Shown here piece after piece: positions 53,801 to 64,000 of a stretch of 64,000 bases of DNA (position 1 is the first letter of the stretch; the number at the start of each line of letters is the position of its first letter). Under the pieces are notes generated by a model. That model saw only the letters and a program-made list of their open reading frames with translations. It was not told the DNA's origin and made no database searches. The DNA is from Octopus vulgaris (lineage: Eukaryota). The stretch covers positions 107,508,001 to 107,572,000 of the forward strand of contig OX597818.1 in assembly GCA_951406725.2 (NCBI GenBank). Reading direction: 5' to 3'. The position numbers and the translations under genes were made by a program.

Positions 53801-56100
53801 ATGATGATGAGGATGATGGGAATGGGGTTCTTTATCTCGCCTAAGTTACTTGTTGAAGTTTTCCTACAGCTTTTACCATTTCACAACCAGTTCTACCTGT
53901 CTCCAGCTCATCTAGGATTGAACAAAAGTTATCTAACAGAGTTATGATCCCCTTCATAAGTTTCCAAGGCTTTTGAAACTAGGAAAAACCCAACCTTATA
54001 CGGTGCGTCCCTTTTCACACTGCGACATTACTTAACCTTTCATTGCCAAACAAAAGTCTATCTCCATCGAAGTTATTCTCTCTCCCATCTGATCAATCGT
54101 CAACACAGCAAATAAAAGTTCCCTAATTGTGTACAAGTCTACGTATGCACAGTTATTTAATAGGCATTAATAAATTGAGTAAGGAGCTGTCACGATTATT
54201 TTTCTTCCTTTCGCTAAGCATCTATTTTGAAAGCAGACATAATATTTACTCAATCCATATGCAACATATTACACAACCATTAAAAGTGCAAAAGAAAATG
54301 AAAAAACAAAAAGATGATAATGGTGTAAATTAAATTCCCGTGTGGAGGCAGAGAGGAGACAGGAATGAAAAGGGGGTCATAACGATTAAGTCAAAACTTT
54401 GGAATATTTCCCTCAAGATCTTTTCATGTAACAATGACATTCTTCTGGGAGACAAAATTATAGAAACACATCCATAAATATTCTTTCACAAATACAGATT
54501 ATAGACATGCTCACATCGCCTTTTTTAATGCAAACACACACAATAATCACGTGATTATACAGGCTGAGAAGCACAAACACACACACACACTGACGAAAAA
54601 GAAAATCCTCTTTGGCTATCAAGTTTGTGTGGAAATTCTCTGAAATTTTATCAAAGGATAACAAAGTAGAGAAACCCCTATAGTTTAGATTGAAAGAAAC
54701 GAAGGAAAGAAGGATGTGAAAGTGTGAATGGTCAATGAGTGTTGTAGATTTATGAGCAAAAAATTAACTAATTAGACAAAGAATTCTTTTGAATGAATTA
54801 ACATGTTTGGAGTTCTTCAGCTATTTTAGCCATTACCTATTTGAACAGTGTTAATTGTCAACATTGGAATGGTTTGTTTCTAGGAAGCCAACCATTTTAT
54901 GAAATGGAATTCCCCAAGGAGATGAATTTTCAGGGATTCAAAATTTCATTAATATTCCTCTGTTTGTGGTTGTTATTGTTGATACATCTGTTGTTGTTGC
55001 TGCTGTTGCTGTTGTTCTTGTTCTTTTCATCATCATCACCATCATCACCATCATCATTTTTGTCGTCATCGTCACCATCATCATCATCATCATCATCATT
55101 TATACTATCATTGTTGTTTTCTTATCTGTTTTACTTTTTGCTTCCCCCCCCTCTCTCTCTCTCCCTCTCTTCCCATTCACTTCAAGACTCCAATTGTTTC
55201 CCTTCCTTCAATAACAATTTTTATTTCTCATTTCAAATTAGAATTTCTCTGTTCTTTTTTGTTTATATTTTTAATTTGTTTCTTTAAGATTCTGCAATTC
55301 TGAATCCACTTATGCTTGCACGTATCTGCACACACACACACACACATACACACACACACACACACATATGCTTCCATACATTATGTCTGTGCATGTATGT
55401 ATGTATATGAGAGTGTTTGTATATGTGTGATATTAATATATGTATGTATATGTTTACTTCAAGATTTATCTAAGTTTTTTCCCCCTTTCTGGAATTCCAG
55501 CTGGTCACTGCAAAGAGCCAAGACAGCTCATGGGAGTCTATGGACAACTTAATTGATTCAGGCACACATGCATGCATACGTGCATGCGTGCATGGATAAA
55601 CTCACACTCACGCAATGAGTATACATGGCACTTTAGGGCATGCATGCTTCATTGCTGGTTATGTGTGCATATCTGAGAGTGTGTGTGTATGTGTGTGTTT
55701 GTCTCTTTGAGATTCCACAGTTTGTGTATTTGTCTATGTGTATTCCATGATTTTGTGTTCAGCCTTGGATTCTCAATGACATAATCCTTGGCATGTTTTA
55801 CAGGGCTTTCTTTAGTGTAATTCTAATCGGTTGAATTAGGATACAAATCAGTTTTGCTTTGTTCTGCTTTAGATAATCTTGGGTTTTGTGCAAACCGATC
55901 GTTTCGTAGCTCAGTACACCTATAAGGCATATTGATAAACACTTATAGTTTGGTTATAAGAGTTAAGGGTTTTTTATTGGCTTGCCTTGACCCCTATTTA
56001 CACATAAATAGTTACTCGTATACATAAATACATTCAAACATGCATATACACACACACACACATATATAAATTCATACATATATACATACAAACAGGCATC

Positions 56101-56310
56101 CATGCATTTCTACATGCATGCATCCCTACATGCATACATTCCTATATGCATGTGTTCCTACATGCATACATTCCTACATGAATACATTCCAACATGCACA
56201 CATTCCCACATGCATACGTTCCTACATGAATACATTTCCACATGCAGTCATTCTTACATGTGTACATTCCTACATGCATATATTCCTACATGCGTGTATT
56301 CCTACATGCA
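56101..56310. repeat. 16-bp minisatellite CATGCATACATTCCTA, about 13 copies
   Basis: Direct reading. Confidence 0.88.
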
Positions 56311-56639
56311 CACAAAAATTTCAAGTGGACTTAAGAGTTCTTGATCATAATAAAATGGTCTGATGAAAGCAAATCCAGCCAAATCCTTAATTCATAGCAG
56401 ATATGTTTGGCACAACAACACAAAAGCAGGGCATCTGAAACGTTAGCAAGGCACAGTTAAGCACAGAGGAGGTAGGGTTATGATGGAAAGCAGTTTAGAG
56501 AGAGAGAGGCAGAGCAGATCTCATTTTTATTAACTATTATTTCATTGTCATCGATATCCATTAACTGTCTTGCCAGACATTGGGGTACCATTCTTGACAC
56601 TTCCACTGTTAGCTCTCACCACAGGTCTCTGTCTCTGTC

Positions 56640-56790
56640 ATGCATTGTAGGGTCACAAGGTTGTAACCTGTCCAGCCCTTGATATTGACAAACGAGGGTT
56701 TTCTCTGTCTGCCTCTCTTTCACTCTCCCTCAACTGTGCTTTGAAAAATGATTTTGGGACAATTTGTGGCTATAGATGAGCCAAAATATT
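56640..56790 (-). pseudogene. Decayed RTE LINE C-terminal fragment
   Basis: YFGS...KIIFQSTVEGE*KRGRQRK. Confidence 0.45.
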
Positions 56791-57304
56791 GATCCGCTAG
56801 AACACATTTAAACAACTTGATAGGGGTTTAAGAGAAATATTTTCAAAAATTACATAAGTTATGAAGCTGAAAAATGTTGACCTAAGAATGGATAAACATG
56901 GAATGATCTGGCATGGATAATTTCATAAAATCCATTGGAGGGTCTACAAAATATTAACACAAGCTTCCATTCAGTTTCTGTCATATTTCAGGAAACTATT
57001 ACAAGTTAAATATTGTACCTTATTGCACAGGCTATAAAGTTATTGTTGGTCAATGTGCATGTGTAGGTACATGTGTGTGTGTGTGTGTGTGTGCGTGGTA
57101 AAACAAAATGATAGACCAGAGTACAATAGATATCAGGTCAAACTATGATATATTTATACAACATATAGAAAAAAGCAAGTATATAAAGGAGCACAAATCC
57201 TAAGAGATCAGTAAAAGTTCCATTAAGGTATGTTCATAATAGTTGTGATGTAAACAGGAAGACACCAGAAGGGGGCAGAAGGTGTAACTGTAGTATTAAT
57301 ATGA

Positions 57305-58843
57305 CATACCAAATAAAATATATTATACATGCAAACATTATACAAATTTGGAACACAAAATAATAAACATTTTCAAAGTTATGAATGAAATATAAATTTT
57401 CAAATGTTACAAAAGTATGTACACCTTAAAGGAAATTTGCTGTATTCAATATTTGGTGTGACTGCCCTTGCTTACAATGAGTGCATTAAATCTTCTGGGT
57501 GTAGAGTTGTCTAAATTTCCACATAAAACCGATGAAATCGACCTCCATTCATCCTGAATGATGTCTTTCAACTGTGTTACATTGTGGGGCTTTTTCTCCT
57601 GAACCTTCCTTTCCAAAATACCCCACAGACGTTCCGTTGGGTTTAAATCAGGTGACATGGTAGGTGAAGGCAATACCTTTACCTTTTTATCTGCTAAAAA
57701 CATAGTCCTCATCTTTGAAGTGTGTTTAGGGTCATTACCATGTTGGAACATGGAATATCTACCTAGTTCCTTGATACTTTTCAACATTGTTTTCTGCAAC
57801 ATGTTACAATAAAGCCTTGAATCTATTGTTCACACACCAAATGTGAGTCCTCCCACACCAGCTGCACTCATGCATCCCCAAAAGCATAACACTTCTGCCA
57901 CCATGTTTCACGGTACACCCGGTGCATTTGTCGCTATTATCTTCACCTGGTCATCGCCATATTTGTTTAATACCATCTGACCCAAACAAGTTGATTTCAG
58001 TCTCCTCAGAAAAAAGAAATTTATTCCAAAGCTCCTTCCTCTTACTCACATGGGTTTCAGCAAAAGAAAGACGACTTGATTTATGCCTGGTAGTGAGGAG
58101 AGTCTTCCTACGAGGAACGCATCAATGAAGACCACACTGGTTCGAACTTTGGCAAACTGTTTCCGTGGATAAACTTTTTCCACTAACAGAAGGCACACCT
58201 TGGGCCAAAGTTGAAGCAGTACGATGCCTGTCATCCATTATGAATGTGGCAAATATCACACACAGTTAAAATAGAAGGACGACCTAGATGATATTTATTG
58301 CTTAGCCGTCCAGTAGCTTTGTACTTTGGCAATTGTGTTTACGCTAACATGCATTCGTTTGCTAATTAACTTGTATCGTAAACCATTGTTGTGCAAATTA
58401 GAAATAATTTTCTTCAAATCTTCAGACAATTCTTTTCCTTTTGGTGCCATATATAATCACAATGAAGAAGATTTTCACCACGGTACACAAATCAGAATTC
58501 CTGCAGATGCAATAACCAATGACCGGCGCAAAAATGCCAAGAGAAATAATTTATTAGAATTGAAATTATCAGCAGTATCTGAATTTAGTAAAAAAAAGTG
58601 GATAAAATATTGAATATAGCAAATAAAGCTTTAGGGTGTACATACTTTTGTACCGTTTGAAAATTAACATTTCGTTCATGTCTTCGAAAATGTTTACTGT
58701 TTTGTGTTCCAAATTTGTATAATCTTTGCATATGTAATATATTTTATTTGGTATAAATTTAATTTGATTTCCCTCAATATTATCAGAGTAATGGCAATTT
58801 TACTGAAATATTTTAGGGGTGTACACACTTCTGTGAGATACTA
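57305..58843 (-). mobile_element. Decayed Tc1 (DD34E) transposon with long TIRs containing internal direct repeats
   Basis: 57305-57431 is the inverse of 58628-58755; direct repeat GGGTGTACAYACTTYTGT near 58634 and 58817; transposase from ATG 58450 (MAPKGKELSEDLKK) to stop 57446 (FQHGNDPKH...SPDLNPTERLW...GSHTKY), frameshifted. Confidence 0.9.
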
Positions 58844-58878
58844 TATATATAGATATATATAAGGATAAATATATATGT

Positions 58879-58926
<48 letters not shown>

Positions 58927-58933
58927 ATAAATA

Positions 58934-58975
<42 letters not shown>

Positions 58976-58977
58976 AA

Positions 58978-59021
<44 letters not shown>

Positions 59022-59023
<2 letters not shown>

Positions 59024-59203
59024 AGAATTCACAAAAAACAAAAGATGAAGACAGGTGGTGTAAACAAGAAACAGATGTATTAGTTTAATGCTTGGAAGTG
59101 AAAAAGTCTTTAATGTTTTGAGCCTATACTCTTCCGCAGAAAGGAACATCTGTTTGTTGTCTACACCACCTGTCTTCATCTTTTGTTTTTTTGTAAATTC
59201 TCC
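59022..59203. mobile_element. Fold-back derivative of the Neptune PLE 3' end, decayed HHR motif in the loop (59107-59144, minus)
   Basis: GGAGAATT..AAAAGATGAAGACAGGTGGTGTA..ACAGATGT mirrored at 59146-59203; loop reads CUGCGGA-A-GAGU(AUAG)GCUC-AAAA-CA-UU-AAAGA. Confidence 0.75.
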
Positions 59204-59409
59204 CCCTCTGTACCGCCTGACTGGCCCTCGTGCTGGTGGCATGTAAAAGCACCCACTACACTCTCAGAGTGGTTGGCATTAGGAAGGGCACCCAGCTGTA
59301 GAAACTCTGCCAGATCAGATTGGAGCCTGGTGCAGCCATCTGGTTTGCCAGTCCTCAGTCAAATTGTCCAACCCATGCTAGCATGGAAAACGAACGTTAA
59401 ACGAAGATA

Positions 59410-59450
<41 letters not shown>

Positions 59451-61415
59451 ATATACCTATATATGTATGTACACACACATGCCCATCTTGAGTTGACTTT
59501 CTATGCCCATATACTGTTCCAACCCACCAAACTTCCACAGTTCCATGTAAGGTAATATTTCCACTGGTACAGACATGTTTTCAAGAAAGCTTGCAAACAA
59601 ACAGCACCAATTGTTTACAATTAGAGTGCAATGCCATGACAAAGAAAACAAAAATACACACACCCATGCGCACAAATGCACGCATATATATATATGCATT
59701 CTTACAAACACACACAGACCCATATATATTATACACACACATATATATACTGATATATATATATATATATATGAATATATACTTATATACGTATACATTC
59801 ATACATATACACATATATTACTTCTTTTCTCTTTCTACCTACGACGTTCTCTAATAAGGCTATGTTTGCAGATTTACAACTTCGTTAGGGAAATCTGATA
59901 TTTTCCTCAAGGCTGGACAAAACAGACGGTCTCCTGATATCCATCGATAATGGTTTTAAGAGGAAAAAAAAAACAGAAACATCCACCAACACAGAAATAT
60001 AGGAGAGCTATGAACAAATAAATTATAAGTGGCTATATTATAAGAGTGTTTTAATTAAAGTCAGTCAGGATATTGAGCTGTTATGGATATTGGTTGGCAG
60101 TCATAAACAAATGAATGCATAATCCTGCTTAACCCCAAGAAGTTATTATTTTTTAATGACAGACATCAAGTTGGATTCAGTTAAAATAACTGAGCTAAAC
60201 CAAGTATCCATTACAAATATTTATTTGTACAACTATGTAAAGATATACCTAGGTGCAGGTATGGCTGTGTTGTTTAAGGGTTTACTTCTCAAATACATAG
60301 GTTTGAGTTCAGCCCCTGTGTGTGGAATCTTGGGCAAGTGTCATCTACTATAGCCCCAGGCTGACCAAAACCTTTTGAGTGGATTTGGTAGACAGAAATT
60401 GAAACATGCCTGCCTTATATGAGTTTGTGTGTGTGTGTGTGTTTATGTTTCCATGTCCAGACGTTGTGAGACTGTAGTAAATGAGCATCGTTTCTATCCA
60501 ATATTCTACAAAAACATGTCTGGCCATGGGGAAGTATTACTTTGTTTGGAAACTGGAGAAGGTTGGTGACTGGAATGGCATTTGGCTGTAATAAACTTGC
60601 ATCAACAAACTCCATTCTATGGAAGCATGGAAAAGTGGACAGTGAAATGATGAGGATGATGAGGATGATGATGATGATGACAACAATGATGATGACAAAG
60701 AGGGGAAGGAGGAGAAAGAGGACAATAACAATGACGACAATGAAGACGACGATGATGATGATGTCACCAATGACGTCTCCTCCATATGGAAAGGATGTAA
60801 TTGTATTTTTTCCTGGAGCCATTCAACTTGTAACAAAAATTAAATTTCAGACAAACTTCATTCCTCCTTGGTAATCAATTTGGAACTAATGTTCTTCAAT
60901 TTTTTTCAGTTCTTGGTTTGGTAATTTTCCCCTTAGACTTGCTTACAAGTATATACAAGCTATCCTGGAAGAATTACAACCTAAATAAACCATTCTTATA
61001 AACAATGCTGCCTTTGGACATGAGCACCCTAGACTGTGATGTCCCTGGGCCTCACGATTCTAGAGGCCCATTCCTCATTCATGTATGCTGTGGTTTGTTG
61101 CCAACAGATGACTCTATGGTGGGTGGTGGGCACTAATGATGCTAAGTCGACCCAGCATGTAAGTTTAATATTTGATCTTTCCCTGATTTAACTTTACACA
61201 ACTGCTCTCAGTCTTTCAGAAACAGAGACAATATCAAATACATTTGTTATTTAGTAGAATGTTGAATGGTATTACTTAATTCCCACGTTTTAAAAAAAAT
61301 TTGTCTGAAGGAATACTTTTATTGAAGACTTACAATGATGTTCCACATCCCTCAGTTTATGGTTCACCTGTAAACATTATAATTATTACAGAGGTGGGGG
61401 GGGGACACTAAGCAC

Positions 61416-62004
61416 TGATAAGTTAAATTGCAATATTATCATCAGTCTGAAAATGTTTGAGGCATGTTCAAACTGAGCAACAAGCTGCTCAGCTGCTCAT
61501 TGCGTTTTGTCATGGAAAATATATCCTCGTTGTTGACAAATGGTGTATATACCCCTAGATCAGCTTGCAGCATCACCTACTCAGACTGTGAGATGCTAGC
61601 ATCTTTTCCAAGACAAAACATAGTGTGTAGCTTGTTCTCCAGTTTGAATGTGCCTCAGGCATATTTGGATTGATAACTACATTGCAATTTTACTTATCAC
61701 AACATAGTACTTCCCCTCTGTGCTTTACTTATGTGGATCCACCTTATAGGGCCATATAGTGACTGGAAAAGCATTAGCTCGTAAATGCCACCAACTTGAT
61801 ATCTGTGACCAAAGAGGAGATAACTACTCTGAAATGCTAGCATCTCACTGTCTGGGTAGGTGGTGCTGTGAGCTGACCCAAGGGTATACACATCATTTGT
61901 CAACAAACGGGATGTATTCTCTTTGACAAAACGTAGTGTGTAGCTTGTTCCCTAGTTCAAACGTGTCTCAAGCATATTTGGTCTGATAACAACATTACAA
62001 TTAA
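61416..62004. mobile_element. Fold-back/MITE-like element, arm A + partial A' + spacer + A'
   Basis: 61416-61603 is the inverse of 61612-61699 (partial) and of 61833-62004. Confidence 0.65.
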
Positions 62005-62074
62005 GGACAAAAATATGTTGTGGTATTTAGTCGTGACTTTTTTATATTCTGAGTTCAAGTCCCAGTAAAATAAT

Positions 62075-62605
62075 TGTTCATATTCAGTCACATCATGGCC
62101 AATATGAAGAGTAATGGAGATAAGCTATCACCTTGGAATACTCTACGTTTGATGTTCATTTTTCTGAGTTTTTGTTTTCTTCCAATCAACTCAGTATCCC
62201 AACGTTTCTTACTTTCATTAAGCATTTTCTCCCTGTTCTTTGCCATTCCAATCCTTTTCATCGTTTTACTTATTCAAATGTGTGGTACCATGCCATATGC
62301 TCTTTTTGTAATCTAGCCATGCCTCATTCAGTCCCGTCAGTCTGCGTCTACAATTTCTTATTATCCTTTTATCAACTAATAAGGGATCTTTTGTTGCCCT
62401 ACTTTGTTTCCTGCATCCCTTCTGTTCTTCTGCAAGTAGACTTGCCAAATGACTGTAGAACTCTTCCACCAAGACACAGCTCATAAGCTTCTGCATTAGT
62501 GGCAAACAGGTTATAGGTTGAAAATTTGATGCTAAGTTTGCTTTCAAGGGATCCTTGAGGCATAGCAGCATTTGTCCACTTGTCATCCAGGTGGGAATGT
62601 GACCT
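62075..62605 (-). pseudogene. R4/Dong-type RT fragment
   Basis: NFQPITCLPLMQKL...EEQKGCR...TKDPLLVD...AWLDYKK(AY)...VPH...FQGDSLSPLLF. Confidence 0.85.
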
Positions 62606-62943
62606 TATTAAAATGGGAAGTGGACTGACAAAATTATTTGAGCATCAGACAAAATGCCTTGTGGCATTTGTTTTGTATCTTTACATCATGAGTTTAAATT
62701 CCCTCAGCATTAACTCTGCCTTTTATTCCTTTTGATTCAAGAAAATAAATTATCAATCCTGTACAAATTCTTCCTCCAGATTTTTGGCTTTCTGCGAAAG
62801 CTAGAAACGTTTATTACCATTAAAATCCCTCTGGAATGGATTAAATAAGGTACCAATCAAGTGCAGTGGTAGATTTAATCAACTAACCTTTTCACAAGCA
62901 ATGTACATGTGTAAGAAATTATTATTATTATTATTATTATTAT

Positions 62944-63386
62944 TGAGTGAGAGAGCAGTGCATGCCATCAAAGTGACACTGGGGTAAAATATACGAAGCC
63001 CAATATACCCATCATGACTACCCGTCTGATAAAGGTACACCAGGCACATGCATCACAACCATATGTGCACGACATGGTGATCTCATATCAAAATAAACAG
63101 CACATGACCTTGCAGGTGGGGCCCAGTTAGAATTTCCTTCAGGTTGAGTAGCCCATCCTGCTCAAAAGGTCCCTGAATAAGGGTTGTTTAAGGATGTTGA
63201 AAGAACCACCCATGTTTCCAGAGGTGAATTATTCAAACCCCAAAGAATCCCCCTCAACACATGGCCATGATGCTCCCCCACTACTTCTGCTCGTGATCAG
63301 AGATGCACATATCGTCAGCCACTAAGGGACATGCTTAACTGGTTAAGGTCAAACAACTGACATGCAAATCTGTGGTATTGAGCAGA

Positions 63387-63388
<2 letters not shown>
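62944..63388 (-). mobile_element. Repeat family D copy between (TTA)n tracts
   Basis: Reverse complement of 51370-51817. Confidence 0.85.
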
Positions 63389-63431
<43 letters not shown>

Positions 63432-63968
63432 GCCTTTGCACAGCTTCTAACGCTGGAGATGTACTACACTGTCAGCTGTTCACTATCAGTGAACTAAGGC
63501 AACACCTCTTATATTTCGAACACGTTACGGAGTATTCGAGCGGTTCCAAGCAGTGCTGTTTTCTGTAAGTCCTCCACCCTCATTGCAGCCCCTATTTGTT
63601 CCATGTACTTCTTGAGATTTTTGCTCACTGTTCCCAGGGCTCTGACAATTACTGGTATCACTACTACCTTTTGCATCGACCACAACTGTTTAACTTCCCA
63701 AGCTAACCTGTCATATCGCTCGGCTTTTCTTTCTTCCTTATCGCATACCTTGTCGTCAGCTGCGCACGCTATATCTATGATTCAGCATAGTTTGCGTTCT
63801 TTCTCAATTAACACTATATCTGGCTCCCTATTCTCTATCTCATGGTCGCACTGAATCATAAAATCCCATAGGATCTTTCCATTTCTATTTTCAACGATGC
63901 CTTCAGTTTGTGGTCGTACCAATTTTTTGTTCTGTCAAGTCCATACTTGTTGCAAAGTCATGGCGTCT
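63432..63968 (-). mobile_element. 3' end of a third R4/Dong-type element in (TAA)n
   Basis: WYDH..VENRNGKILWDFMIQCDHEIENREPDIVLIEK...IDIAC...IPVIVRALG...LQKTALLGTARILRNVF. Confidence 0.88.
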
Positions 63969-64000
63969 CTTAATTATTATTATTATTATTATTATTATTA

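Noticed and set aside
56357-56447. CTGATGA...GAAACGTT as a hammerhead
   Set aside because: Core words are present, but the stem II base and stem I pair poorly, and it is a single copy
57096-57306. TG...CA-bounded 210-bp segment as a solo LTR truncating the Tc1 TIR
   Set aside because: No target-site duplication and no second copy in the window

Overview
AT-rich, microsatellite-saturated eukaryotic non-coding DNA. The SINE/LINE make-up suggests a coleoid cephalopod such as Octopus, but this is an inference. I cannot support any host protein-coding exon, and nearly all listed ORFs are microsatellite artefacts. Recognisable coding sequence is transposon-derived. It comprises one young 5'-truncated Penelope-like element (PLE; RT YIDD, thumb, Cys linker, GIY-YIG; 11321-13216), two older PLE remnants, five R4/Dong-type (RLE) non-LTR fragments, RTE LINE 3' ends, two decayed Tc1-type transposons (DD36E and DD34E), MITE/fold-back elements and many SINE copies. 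The most striking signal is about ten unrelated families of minimal type I hammerhead-ribozyme (HHR)-like motifs (CUGANGA, stem II, GAAA, short or palindromic stem III, UH). They sit on short modules embedded in (TA)n/(TAA)n, often as fold-backs with an HHR on each strand, with a hotspot at 29.8-31.7 kb. All structures were read by eye. Coordinates of decayed repeats are approximate and no activity is demonstrated.
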